A DNA stretch of 64,000 nt from the human T2T-CHM13v2.0 reference genome, Homo sapiens, in the NCBI RefSeq assembly GCF_009914755.1, contig NC_060929.1; one strand, 5' to 3'. Below, in pieces: positions 28,325 to 41,990 of the stretch. The translations under genes were made by a program, and so were the position numbers. How positions within the stretch are numbered: position 1 is the stretch's first letter; each line of letters begins with the position of its first letter. Below the pieces are notes generated by a model. It worked only from the letters and a program-made list of their open reading frames with translations, ran no database searches and was not told the origin of the DNA.

Positions 28325-28941
28325 TATCTCAACCTAAATCTCCATTTTACATATAAACATATAGTCACATGCTTCATATTTTCCTTTCTTTAGATCATAA
28401 AATGACTAAATGCTAATAACAACACAATTTGAGATATTCTAGCTTGGTGTCTCCCCATAAGATTAAAGTGTTTCAGGAATATTAATGATTTATTATATAA
28501 ACTTCACTCTCCAAAAGGTCTTCCTGAATTAAAACAGCAAAAGAATTAATAATCTGTCGAACCATGCTTTATTCAGAAAATACGGTTTTGTCCGTTTTTA
28601 GCCATTGACAAATAGAGTATTATCAGGATAGATCAGCAGAGATGTTGAATGTTTTTGAAACTTTCTGTTTTAAATATTTGTTTACATTTTACCAAGAAAA
28701 TTTACACTTTTCAATTTCTAGTGATTATGCATTCCTGCCATATAAGAACACTTCACAGGGACTGCGGAAATAGTCGTTAACAGCAACGGACTATTTTTGT
28801 GCTCCCACAGCAAGAAAGTATTTTGCCACAAAGATCAAAATCTTTTATTTCCACTCAAAACATGTCTCAATAAAACAAGCATTTGCTTTTGAAATTCCTT
28901 CTTAACCTATTTGAATTCTACCAGGTAAAATATTTATTTGA

Positions 28942-29310
<369 letters not shown>

Positions 29311-29442
29311 TATCTCTACTTTTTAAATGAAAATAGAATTTGTTACTTTAAAATATAAACTATTATTACTTATTGTTACTATTATTACTACTCTAGAAAG
29401 GAGAAAGACGAGGAAGAAGAAGAAGAAAGAAAAGAGAAAGTG

Positions 29443-29862
29443 AAAACTAAAAATAGAACTACAAGTCAATCCAGCAATCCCCACTACTGGGCATATATCC
29501 AAAGAAAAAGAAATCATTATATTAAAAAGGCATCTTCACCCATATATTTATCACAGTGCTGTTCACAGTAGCAAACTCACTGAATCAACCTAAGCATTCA
29601 TCAATGAATGACTGGATAAAGAAAATGAGGTTTATATATAACGTGGGATACTACTCAGTCATAAAAAAGAATGAAATCATGTCTTTTGCAGCAACATGGA
29701 TGGAACCAGAAACCATTATTCTAACTGAAAAATCTCAAAAAAGAAAGTCAAGTAACACATGTTCTCACAAGTAAAAACTAAACAATGTGTACACATGGAC
29801 ATACAGAGTAGCATAATAGACATTGGAAACTCCAAAAAGTGGGACAGCGGGTGAGGGTTGAA
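29443..29862 (+). mobile_element. L1 (L1PB-like) ORF2 end / 3'UTR fragment
   Basis: aaatagaactac...ccagcaatcccc...WIKKM...KKNEIMSFAATWMEPE ORF2 C-terminus. Confidence 0.88.
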
Positions 29863-31149
29863 CACTATTCAGTGAAAAGATGACACTCATGTGGTTAATT
29901 TAATTAAATGACTACCTATACTGACCCAGTAAAGAGATGTATATATTATTAATAGAACAATGGAGTGCCCCGCTCTGTTCACATAATCTGTGCTACTATC
30001 TTCATAATTCATGTGGACTATCCTAGCTAAATTTAATGTTCAGCCATTCACAATCATTAAGACCTCTAGTGGTTATAACAGCCTTCTCTGCCATGCTGGC
30101 ATCCAATTTGTATTTTCCCCCCAGACATAGTCAACATTCAAAGACACAGAAATTTCTTGTTTTAAAAAAATTATTTATTCTACTTATTCTATTCTGCGGT
30201 AATAAAAAAAATTCTATGTTGCAAAATGTGGGTAATATTTTGCATTGTCTATTCCCAGGATAACTCTTTAAACTATGTTGTGGCTCCCGATTGTGCTGAT
30301 ACTCATTCCACAAACAAAACTTACACCTCAATAAACAGCAAGTCTGCATATTAGATGAGAAAAAGGATATGCGATAAAAAAAAAAAACACAGTTTCTAAA
30401 AAAATTTTTAAAGCCTGCAGTGCAAATTGGAGAATGGAATTTTGCCCCCTATTCCAGAGGGTTACTCGTGTCACCAAGTTGTTTCTTATTTCCATGAATT
30501 GTTTTTTCAATTAAAATGGGGAAATAAAAGCAAAGAGTAAAGCAGAACTTGCTGCAGAAGATAGATGGCTCTTCTTTAATGACTTATAAAAGAAAAGCGG
30601 CACCCCAAGTTTTACTTTATGTAACATGGGGGAAAAAAAGCTAAGCAATACTATAGATTTTATTTGATATGCTCACTGTGCTAATTTTTGAAGTAGTATC
30701 ATTTTACTATTACAATTATTGACACATTTCTAAGGAGCATGTCTATTAATTTTGAAAAGACTAAGTAAATGCAAATCCAGGTTCTTTTCTACTTTTTAAG
30801 TTGTTATTAAGAACAAATGTTCTTCAAGTGAACCCTCTGGTCAGTAAAAGGGGACATTTGCAACTAAAAGGACTAGTGTACAGTAAATAATGGCATTTTC
30901 TTCAGCCAAAGACATTTTCCATTCAAGATAACCTGAAATCTGCTACTTTATAGCAGGTATTCTATGAAATATTTCTCCCGAAAATTTAACTAAGTATATG
31001 TATCTTGGTGAAATTACAGGTGAATAACACCTGTTATGCTGTCATCAAAAAAAAAAAAAAAACCCTGAAAGTCTAAGATTAACCATAATCAATATTCTGG
31101 TGAAGATTCTTTCAGATATCGATACATAGATAGATACAGATACACATAC

Positions 31150-32130
31150 TAATATATTTTGTATGTTATATATACATTTATATTTGAAAAAATACAGATG
31201 TTCATATAATTATTTTTAATAAATAGGTTCATATTCTGTAGCTATTTTTAAACTCAATAATATGTCAAGGACATAATTTCATGCCAATAAATATAGATCT
31301 GTGTCTTCATTTTGAATAACTGTGTAGTAGTCCACTGAGTATATACCAATAACTTTACTTCATCATCTTCTCATTAATGAATTTTTAAGTTGTTTCAAAT
31401 TTTTTGGTATTATTAACAATGTTGTGAAGAATATCCTTTATTTTACATCCTTTCATACCACTTTTTAGTGTATTTTCCTAAAACAAGAGAAATATATGGA
31501 TTTTAAACATTTTGTCACACATTATCAAACTTACCTGCACAGAGGAAAACCTATTTACATTTCTTCCAATTTTCACTAGTTTTCTCATGCCTTAAAATAT
31601 AGCAGATTGTGTCGATTTTCCCAATCAAATAAGTTAAAGGAAAAAAAAAAGATATCCTGTTGCTGTTTTTATTTCTACATCTTTGAGGCCATAGAGTCAT
31701 TTCCATCGCTTCTTTTGCAAACTCTTCTATTGTGACATCATTTATTCCTGAATTGCAAATGTCTTTTTTTAATATGAAAGCTTTAACCTTTCATTTGTCA
31801 CAGGTATGATGATTATTTTTCCCAAGTGGTAATGTACATTTTCAATTTTATTTGTAATGCATTTTGGTGATTAGATATTTTTGATTGTCAGATGGTCTTT
31901 TAGGGTTTCTGAACTACATGACATGTTACAAAATATTGACACATGCATTTCTCTAAAATCCTGTAACTTTCTATTTAACATTATATATAGTCCATCTGCT
32001 TTTAATGGGCTGCATCTATAAGACACTTCATTTCCATGGCAGTCACACATATGATGAACATTTTACTAATTTCAAAAGCAGATGGCACTATTCCAATTAT
32101 TATTATCCCATTTGTTTGAATGTATTTTAA
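31150..32130 (-). mobile_element. Old L1 (L1ME-type), degenerate
   Basis: catgccaataaatatagatct...taactgtgtagtagtccact...taagttgtttcaaattttttggtattattaacaatg. Confidence 0.6.
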
Positions 32131-32404
32131 ACAGATTATTTAAAATGTTATTTTGTGACTCTGAAGGCTTACTCATATATTGCTTTTCTTGTGATGTCCT
32201 GTGTATTTAATTTTACGCCCTTGAAAACATACATTTCAAATAGCAAGGTGGCCAAATTTTGCTAAGAAAGAACCCTCAGACTCTACTTCTTGTTGTACTA
32301 TTATATACAATTTGTCTTCCTCAAATAATTAAAAAAAATATTGTCTTTCATGTATATCATCCCATTATCCTTCTTGTACTGAATATAGAATTTAAGATCC
32401 TTTG

Positions 32405-32714
<310 letters not shown>

Positions 32715-32761
32715 CCTACAATCTTAAAACAATGTGAAATTCACAATTATTATTTTATTAC

Positions 32762-33790
32762 TAGGCTTCAGCGAAATCGTAAGATCATGGAGTCAGTCAA
32801 AAAATAAACATTTTAAGAAGCTTCTGGATCAGATTTTTGGTTACAAGAACTAAACAGTTCCAATTATATTTTCTCATGCTATGGAAAGGTAAACTTTTTT
32901 ACATTATTTGAAAAGCTTGAAGTCCTAAATATTTAAAAAATTGATCTAATTCTGTGCGGTCTGTTTTGGGTGAAACAAAGACCAGGAGACTCTCTTTTCC
33001 TGTATCTTTAAACTAGTACATAACTTCTGTTTAAGGGTCTGGTGACAACAGTAATGGATAATTTACAACCTACAGGGCTTCTGGATTAAATAACAGAGGT
33101 TCTGTAAACCAACAGGCTTCAGACTTCAGTGAAAGCACCATAATTTGTTTATTGCCCTTTCTCAGTTCCTCAATTACAATTGATCTCTGCTAAACAGACT
33201 AGTGTTGCTAATTGTTGGGAAAGGGGGAATATAACTTAATCTTTATAGACATCTTCTAGCCAAGGATTTCTCCTTATAATTCAGTGCCATAATCTCACCT
33301 AAGCACAGATAAATGGAATCCATACACCTAACCATAACAAGTACTTTCAAAATTAATGTATAAACAATCAAAGTTGAAGTAGCTGTGCTTGGAACAGAAA
33401 AAAGAAATGGTGACTGATTGTATCTGATATAGAGCCAATGACAGACAAACAAGAGTACTTGATTAGAGCTCTTGTCTTGCCAGATCACTTATTTGAATTC
33501 TACTGATAGGAGTTTAATCAGCACTTAATCTCCTTATCATGTCTAGGGTGTTGATCAACTTTAAGTACTTAACATTATACAGAACCCCTACAGGCAGTTC
33601 CACTTCAAAGCCTGAAGTGCAATGGATAGGTGTCTCCTAATCTTATTTTTCTCCATTAAGGGTGTTGAAAAGAAATGCTGTCATCATCAACTAACCATGT
33701 TCTAATTTAGTCTGTTTAAGCTTCTGAATTGTTTGTTTTAGAAAAGTTTGACTTATTTATAGTAAATCTTCATTTTCTGAACCCACCATT
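32762..33790 (-). pseudogene. Decayed coding-like block (candidate exon, about 1 kb)
   Basis: One frame gives MVGSENEDLL*...ETPIHCTSGFEVELPVG...DYGTEL*GEILG*...SIVIEELRKGNKQ...FTEPLLFNPEAL*; splice sites degenerate and stop density near random. Confidence 0.35.
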
Positions 33791-33992
33791 TTAGAAATTG
33801 AAAATATACTATATATATATATACGTATGTGGGTTTGTATAAAATATGTTCCAGTTTACAGTTTAACTTCTGAATTATTTTAGAAAGTCTTGCCTTATTT
33901 ATGCTCAATTTTCTTGACCCAGTATATTGGAAATTAAAGAAATACATACACATATACATATATGTGTGTTTGTAGTTACTCTAATTTCTCAC

Positions 33993-34355
33993 TTCAATAT
34001 AACATCAGTAGAAGGTCCAAATGGACAAGTAGTACATTAAACACAAATTAAAAATATCCTTCAAATATTTTCAACATTATGTTACGGGTAAATTTCAATG
34101 ACATTTTTTGTAGATCACTCCCTGACTTAGTGAGGATTCCACATTTCCACATTCAAGTTCCTCTTTTATTCCTTATAGTAGCCTAATGAGAGAGAACAGG
34201 TATATTGACTACATATTTGCTATACATTAAAACCATGTACTTCGGTATAAGGTGTCCTCCTGAGTATTATCTATCCATAAGGATTTTTTGCCAAAATTTA
34301 AGTATTTGTCATGTGAATTGTTTTCAGGTCTCCAGAACAGACTAAAGTTATTTAT
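33993..34355 (-). pseudogene. Decayed coding-like block (candidate exon)
   Basis: RPENNSHDKYLNFGKKSLWIDNTQEDTLYRSTWF*...GIKEELECGNVESSLSQGV in one frame; donor-like gaa|gtgaga at 33993/33992. Confidence 0.4.
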
Positions 34356-34809
34356 TTAAAAGAAAATTGAAGTAAAATTATTGAAATTGATAAACTAAGT
34401 AAAGCTACATAAACCAAATATTATGTATCTAGAAATGATAATTTTTACATTTGATGTTTAATATACTTTTATTAGTATTTCAGTTGCTTTAAGTGTTCAA
34501 TTGTCTACTTAATTTTTTATGGCAGCATATATCCAAAACAATGCATAATATCTCTATTTGGTCTAATGCACTTCAGTTGGAAGACATTAAGAGAGGAAAG
34601 ATATTTTACTATTTTGAAAGAGCAGGAAATTCAAAATTTCAACTCAATTCATGTTAATTATTTAGAAAAAAAATTTAGAACCAAATAAAATATCAATTAT
34701 TTTGTTTTCTCAAATTATTTCATTATTTACATTTTTTTCAATCCAAAATACCATACATACTTTAGGATCTTTTTTTAAATTTTATCTTATCTGAAATAAG
34801 TTTACTCAT

Positions 34810-35608
34810 TCCTAATTTTAAATACAAACATAGGCTAAGTTGAATGCTAACTATCCGGCCATCCAAAAGTGATTGATTGATTGATTGATTTTATTAGGAT
34901 ATTCTCATTTGAAATAGAGGCTTGAGACTAGCTGTACAAACAAAAGATAAAGAAGGCAAAGCAGTTTGAATGTTTCAATTTTCATAGAAGGATTTGCAGC
35001 AATTTTATTGGTTTGAAAATTTCCACAAACATTTATAAAAGTTACTTTATAGTATTTCACTTCAGAAAGAAGGGAACTGTGACAACTTCCCCATGCTGTC
35101 AAATACATGACATTTAAAAGATAAATTAATATTTGTAAATAAAATTAACCCTTTATAAAAGATATTTTAGAAGTCTGTTTCAATAATGTAATTAAAACAA
35201 ATACATGATAGAAAACTTGATTTATGTGAATGATGTTCTACTAATCTTTGAATTACTAATAGCATTCATTAAGTTTAAATTTGGAAAGATCAGGCATCTC
35301 AAAAAATGGGTAACATTAAACTAAATAACAATGTTGGCTAAGTAGCACTGAGGCACAAACAGGGAAAAATAAAATAAAAGTCTATTATTTCTTAACTACG
35401 AATGCTTTCTAAAGTAACTCAGATGCTTCCATTTTATTTGAGTATTGCTTTTTGTTTCCTCTATTAAGTAGTGCTTAAAAACCACAACTTCACTCAATCA
35501 GTAAACAGGATCATTACTTCTAAGTGTTTCAGATTCTAAATCAAGGGTTTCATTTAATTTTCCTTGCAGAATAATGCATATAGATGAGGATGTCAAATTG
35601 CAAATAAC
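34810..35608 (-). pseudogene. Decayed coding-like block (candidate exon)
   Basis: Acceptor ctattctaatacag|GT; LQGKLNETLDLESETLRSNDPVY*LSEVVVFKHYLIEETKSNTQIK; later AWGSCHSSLLSEVK...CGNFQTNKIAANPSMKIE. Confidence 0.42.
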
Positions 35609-35819
35609 CTGTATTAGAATAGCGTTTACAGTGCTTATGGTAAGTAATCAACATTATTGACTTAGCTTAGGGATTTTAAAATGCTGAAAAACACTAACAG
35701 AATAAATTGATTGGAAGAATAGAAAAGTACATCACTGTGTTAAAGATTTGAAATGAAAGTGAAACGCATTATATGATTTTCGTAGTTTAAGAGTACATGT
35801 GCATATATAGATATGCACG

Positions 35820-36131
35820 TAGATGGATAATGTGGGCATTATTGATTTAAATTCCCCATTGGGATTAAAGAGAGAATGCCTAGTTTTGTTTCAATGGTAA
35901 TGTTGATATTCATTATCAATATGATAAAATACAAACTGGTGGCTCTGTAATACAGATTTAATGCCCCTGCTGAACTTTTTTCCATTAGTAGCTAATGGCT
36001 ATTCCTGTTTACCTTCTATGACTCCAAATGCTCATTCCATCTTTTTTCTGTGATCATCACAGTTATACAGGAAATGATTTTGCTAAAAACAAAAATATTC
36101 TACTTTATTTTAAAAATGATAGAGCTTGCAT
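35820..36131 (-). pseudogene. Weak coding-like block (candidate exon)
   Basis: Acceptor tgtttacag|AT; TEKRWNEHLES*KVNRNSH*LLMEKSSAGA; no clear donor. Confidence 0.28.
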
Positions 36132-36684
36132 CTGTAAACATGACTTTAATTTATGCCTTCTATGATGTGTCAGCATTCTGAAAAAGAATCTTGTTCTGCA
36201 TTTATAAAATAGAAGTGAAAAATTTCATAACTTGGAATAGTTAGTAAGAAAAAGGCTTGTTGCACTTATTAAAGTAAAATATTTTTCCCTCAGAAGAGTT
36301 TATATTTTTTAACATATATGCATAAAGTGAGCATTTCATTTCCATTACTAAAAATCTTTTTATCATGATAAACAAATCTATTCATTAAATTGCCTTTCTC
36401 TTCTATATAGCAACAGCTTATTTTTAGAATGACTTTCAACTACTAAGTTGAATTTATTTTAAAGAAAGAAGAGTATAAAAACTTATTAATTTATTTTAAT
36501 TAAACCCATTACAATAATCCCTGGAGAGAAAACAATTAAACATTGAATAAGAAACCATAAAAAATCAAGTTCATTTCCTCTTTGCATTTGAGTTCCCTTA
36601 GTCATCTCTTTTTCTCCAAATGAAGCCTTTAAGTATTGTAGGTTTTTTTTAACTGAAATAGCATAATTTTAAATGAGGTTATGA

Positions 36685-36825
36685 TACTAATACTTAATAT
36701 TATTGCACATCTACTATATACCAACACTATTCTAAGCACTTAATGTGCGCACTTAATTCTCCTAAACAAACTTATGAGATAGAAATTCATTATTTTTCTC
36801 ATTTTACATTAAGGGAGATTCAAAG
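36685..36825 (-). mobile_element. MIR fragment
   Basis: ctactatataccaacactattctaagcact...cttatgagatag...ctcattttaca. Confidence 0.65.
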
Positions 36826-36828
36826 CAT

Positions 36829-37640
36829 ACTCTCAATAAGGTGAAAAGACAAACCACAGAATGGGAGAAAATATTTGCAAATCATATGTCACATATGCAA
36901 ATTAAAACCACAATGAGATACCACTTCACAACTATGATAATGGCTATAATCAAAAAGACAGAAAATAGTAAGTGTTGGCCAGGATGTGGAGAAATTGAGA
37001 CCCACATACACTGCTGGTAGAAGAAAATAGTGTAGTTTCTTTGGAAAAGAGTTCAAGACGTCCTTAAAAGGTCAAACTGAGTTACCATGTGACTCAGCAA
37101 TTCTACTCCGAGGTATACACACAAGAGAAGTGGAAACACATCTCCACACAAAAACTTATACAAATGTTCATATCAGCATTATTCATAATAATCCAAAAGT
37201 GGATAAAGCCCGTATGTCCATCAACTGATAAATGGATAAATAAATATAATGTATTCAACATGCAATAGAATATTATCTGACAATAAAAAGGGAAAAAGTG
37301 CTGATACATGCTACAACATGGATGAGCCTTGTAAATATTATGCCAAGTGAAAGAAGATAGACAGAAAAGACTACATATTATATAATTCCATTTATGTGAA
37401 ATGTCCAAAATAGGCAAATCCTTACAGGCAGCAAGTCAAGCAATGGCTGCCTATGATTAAGGGGGTTGGAAGAAATAGAGGGTGACTGCTAATAGTCATG
37501 TTTTCTTCTTGAGGTGATTAAAATATTCTAAAAATGATTGTGGTTGTGCACAACTCTGTGAATATAGTGAAAACCATTGACTTATATACTTTAAATGGGC
37601 AAATTGTATGGTACATAAAAAATATCTCAATAAAGCTGAT
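36829..37640 (+). mobile_element. L1 (L1MB-type) 3' fragment with internal deletion
   Basis: gtgaaaagacaaaccacagaatgggagaaaatatttgcaa...catgctacaacatggatgagcctt...tatctcaataaagctg. Confidence 0.9.
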
Positions 37641-37794
37641 ACATATATACACGTATATACGCACACATATATATGTGTGTTTCTTTTGAAAGATATTAAG
37701 GATGGTACTTGCCCTGAATGACTGTAAAGGGTAAACCTGGAATAAACATGCTGAGTCTGGCTCCAGGGCCTGTGCATGCAACTACTAAGCTTAC

Positions 37795-38036
37795 TGATTC
37801 TGCTCAAGGTAGTTTTGCTCTTCAATGTGATAACTGATTTCACTGAATCAAATATCTTCTTTAAAAACCCACCATACAGCCTGGCTCCAAATAAAAGTTT
37901 TCTGAGTGAACGTAGATGGATACTTCTTTCCAATAAAACAATATGATGTATGGTGAGTAACGATGTTGAATAAGTCATTTCAAGATGCTAAGAAGGTTAA
38001 TTTTGAATGTCCAGATTCTTGATAAATCAGCAAAAC
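37795..38036 (-). pseudogene. Decayed coding exon (242 nt, candidate)
   Basis: cctaac...atttgcag|GT acceptor and aatca|gtaagc donor; GKKYPSTFTQKTF...FKEDI*FSEISYHIEEQNYLEQN. Confidence 0.5.
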
Positions 38037-38439
38037 CTGCAAATGTGTTGTTAGGACATTTAGTTGCTAACAACAATGAAAAATTCTTCATAGCTACTTA
38101 GCGTTTACATTTTTTATTACCTTACTCCCCAAAGAGTTGCAGTTATCATCCAATCATGTTTTTTAATTTAGGGGATAAAAAGGACAAATGTCAAAATATA
38201 TTTATTATGTTATTATACATTATTATCTCCATTTCCTTTAGGATTCTGTTGAAGACTTTTGGAAAATTCAGAATGGATTTATAGAACTTTAGAGCAAAGG
38301 AACCTAAGAGAACATCTAGTAAAATTGTTCAACTGAAAAAAATTTAACTTAAAGAGGTCAAATAATTTATAAAGGCACTAGATTCAACAGAGAATAAAAC
38401 TAAAGTCATCATCAACATCTTCACAACAATAACAAAAGA

Positions 38440-38680
38440 AATAATCAGTGCTTATTAAAAAATATTATGGTCAAGGCAACACACTATACACTCCTTATCT
38501 CATTTGACTTTCCTTGCAACTCTCTGTAAGATAGGTACTATTATTGTTTCCATTGTATAGACAAGAAAACTAAAGACAAGGCAAGTAATTTGCCCAAATC
38601 ATAGCCAGCAAATAATGAATTTGGGATTTAAACCCAAGCCTTTCTGATGTATTCTTAGACATCTTACTATACCTTAATCA
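38440..38680 (-). mobile_element. MIR SINE
   Basis: gtaagataggtactattattgtttccattgtatagacaagaaaact...gtaatttgcccaa...gggatttaaaccca. Confidence 0.75.
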
Positions 38681-39962
38681 CAATCAATTCAGCAATCTGA
38701 TCTTTTTTTATTAATTTAAAAAAAATTAAGGGAGCTTTTATCGGGAACACCATGACTAATTTGAATCATATAACAAAATTGAGTCATAAATAAATATTTG
38801 CTCATAAGATATTTATTATATTCATTTATTACATTAATATTTTATAAAATAAAATATAATTGAAGCATAAAATAAAATTTATCATAAAAAGAATTAATTA
38901 GCCAGAATTTGGATTTGAAGAGATATTGTGACAGATTGTAACCTTCAGCCCTAAACAATATATAATGGCAATAAACTGTTTTCTCATCCTAATGCATAAA
39001 TAAGACAGATTTATACCAGAGAAATGCACTTGCAGTAAATAATGCACAGTTAATTTAATCCTTTTTTGAAGTTATTCGTGTAGCTTATAATAAAGCCTTG
39101 CCTCCAAAAATGATAGAATTAAATCAGTCACTTCGGAGACCCAAAGATATATTAGTCATCATTCACAGCATCAAGACCTCTGCAGCAGGAGACACAAGAG
39201 TGTTGATGTCTTTGTAACTGCATGTGCTGCTCACTTAGAATGAGCCCAGTCTAGTTACCCAAAATTCCCCTCTGCCTGTCATTCCTCTGCCTGGAATGAC
39301 TTCTCTCTTCTCTATTCCACAGGACTACCAATGTGCAATCCTCTCTCCTTGAGATTTTCAACTTGGAGTTCTTGGAGTTACTTATGAACTCTAGCTCATA
39401 ATTGGTTTTGCCCTGCCTCAATTTCAAAGGTAATTAGCTAGAATCAACATTACCCATGCTATAACTTATATACTCATCATATGTTACTGATCATACATTT
39501 TATTGACTTGAGGTTGTTTTCACATGTTTATTTTTCCTCCTGCCAAAGTAATCATACAGTTCCTATGAAGAAAGATTCTAAATTTCTATTGATTTTTCAT
39601 CCAGGTTTTACTGTGAAAGTTACACATATACACTGGAAGAGGCCTACATGCTTTAATGTACATGACAGTGAACAAAAACAACAAAAAAAATTATTCTTTT
39701 TTTTTTTATTGATTTCACATCCGCCACCCACACACCTCATAGAAGCTGTCCGCTGGGGTTCCATCAATTCCTGATGTGTCATTAGGCTGCAGATTCCTCT
39801 GCTTTAGGAACTGATCACAGCCACATGGATGAAAAGTCCATTCTAAATATAATAGAACCATGTTATATTATAAGTATATATAAGCATTAATAGCAGAGTA
39901 TATTATAAGACAATGACATTTGCATCATTTTTTTCTTTAAGAAATGCAATCTTTTCACTTAC

Positions 39963-40727
39963 ATTAGTATTGATAAGGTTTTTATGTTGATTAACTATGA
40001 TTCATAAATCTTCATTTGGGAATAAACAAGTTCTCCCCTTAAAGAGATAAGATATCTGGGTGGTAATATCCTTTATTTTTTCTTAAGACTCTTTAAGCTT
40101 TTAGATGAGATTCTGAAGTTCGCACAAATTATTCTGAGACAGTGAGCAACTTCTAGATCCATGCCATCTCTATCACACAAAACAGTGATCTAATCCTCCC
40201 ATTCAATATATTTATAAGAAAAAATTCGTGTTTGCCCATTTGATCTTCCCTCACTTTATCCCTAGGAATATTAGGATTTCCATTCATTTCTGCTGGGACT
40301 GAAAAGCTTAGTTCTGCTGCAGGCTAGACCTGGGATATGCTCCATGAAGCAGCAACACAGAGCCTATTTCTCATTGCATGTTATTGCTGCTGCTGCAGAT
40401 GCTCCAAAGGGCTGCACCTTGGGTGTCTTGCATTATTTTTATAGGTATTTATTTGGGTTCATTACCCCAGCAGCTAGAGCATACCTCTATCCATATTCTG
40501 CAGGGCTTCCCAGTAGACACAGCTTTGTGTGTCCACTGGTTTGAGCCTCCTGTTAATGATGATAGCCCCATCCACTGGGGTGGTGGATGGGGCTCTTCCT
40601 GTAAGTTCTGTTCATACCATGTCAGGTAGCTAGTACTGTATAACACTCATTTGGGTTTTCTATTCTCCTACCTGCTATTCATCTTTATATATTTTGGTTA
40701 GTATCCTTAAATACCATAATTCCTAAT
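39963..40727 (-). pseudogene. Decayed large coding exon (765 nt, candidate)
   Basis: acacttttcag|AT acceptor and actaat|gtaagt donor; TELTGRAPSTTPVDGA, PAAELSFSVPAEMNGNPNIPRDKVREDQMGKHE, LCDRDGMDLEVAH. Confidence 0.55.
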
Positions 40728-41040
40728 CTGAAAAGTGTATGTACTATACAGAATTCTATTATAATAGACTAGGGTTAAATACCAACAGCAACAACAAAAA
40801 CTTGTTTGAGAAGCTCAGAAGCTCCTGTGATTTCAATTAGATATAGACCAGAAAAGATTTGGTGTTCTTTCCTACAAACAAGTTTAGAAAAAATAAAAGA
40901 GGTGTTATGTAGCTTTTTTCCTCCAAGAATTTTTAATATTGCCTTATTGAAATATGAAAGTGTAAAATGTAAATGCATTATAGTTTCATCACTTGACTCT
41001 ATGTATCACTCTGCATTTGAAATGCATTTTAACAGTTCTA

Positions 41041-41347
41041 CAGGTTCACAGTACTTTATCCACAATCCTAAAACCCTAAAAGATCTGAAAACCAAATATT
41101 TTCAAACGGTAACTCCAAAACACATTTTGTGGCAAAATCCGACTCAAATCGACTTTTATCCACTTAGTGTAAATGGTCATATATTTTATTTTAGAAATAT
41201 TTATAAGTTTTATTTCAGGATATTGTCCCAGTCCTCACTGGCAATGTGATGTACATGCACTGTACTATCTTTCTCAATGCTAAAAATTCTAAATTCTGAA
41301 AACATGTTTGGCCCCAATAGCTTTATATACAGGGTCATGGATCAATG
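41041..41347. mobile_element. MER46C-like Tigger-family MITE
   Basis: TA|caggttcacagtactttatcc start; aaaattctaaattctgaaaacatgtttggcccca near the other end. Confidence 0.7.
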
Positions 41348-41549
41348 GCTATCTAGCTGAATGCTAGTACTAACATAGGAACTATGCCTAAAGTGTATGT
41401 ACGTATGTATATATCTACATATATAAATATACATACGCCGAAATAAACTCACAAAATTGGAATAAGGCAAGAATCAGAAGAAAAATTAAGAATATGTTAA
41501 ACTTCAGCCTATATTCAACATTGTACTGTACAGAATAAAATTTAAAACA

Positions 41550-41880
41550 CCATAAATGACCACAAATAGGGTATTGGCTGAATGTATTCAGGCACGTCTG
41601 TAAAAGGGGTACAAGTAGCCATAAAAACGACACCACTACAGAGTATTTGATGACATAAAAAATGTTTATAGTACATTATTAACAGAAAAGCAGGTCATCA
41701 ACAATTCAAATAAAATAAAACTTTTATAAACCTGTATACATACATATAAATTAATGTGAGCAAATAGACTAATGGTTATTTCCGGATGATGGGCTTTTCA
41801 ATGGTTTTTATTTTCTACTCTTTGGTTTTTCTTTAATTTCTTTTTATCATAAAATTGTATTGCTTCTTTTTTAAAAGCTT
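41550..41880 (+). mobile_element. Old L1 (L1ME-type) 3'UTR fragment
   Basis: gagtatttgatgacataaaaaatgtttata...aacagaaaagcagg...aatggttatttccgg...ggtttttattttct. Confidence 0.55.
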
Positions 41881-41990
41881 TTGTTTTGTTTGATAAGAAA
41901 GCCTAAGAGAACATGAAAGAAATAATCTGGACAAATAGTTGAAAGAAAAGCAGATGATGACTAAGCCTCAAATGCTAAATAATCACATGC

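Noticed and set aside
29556-29774. 72-aa ORF
   Set aside because: L1 ORF2 C-terminal remnant.
37496-37978. Longest ORF (160 aa) as a functional CDS
   Set aside because: Runs through a TA/CA repeat into antisense L1MB; chimeric.
40806-41249. 147-aa plus-strand ORF
   Set aside because: Half lies in a MER46C-like element; non-ATG start; no protein-like character.
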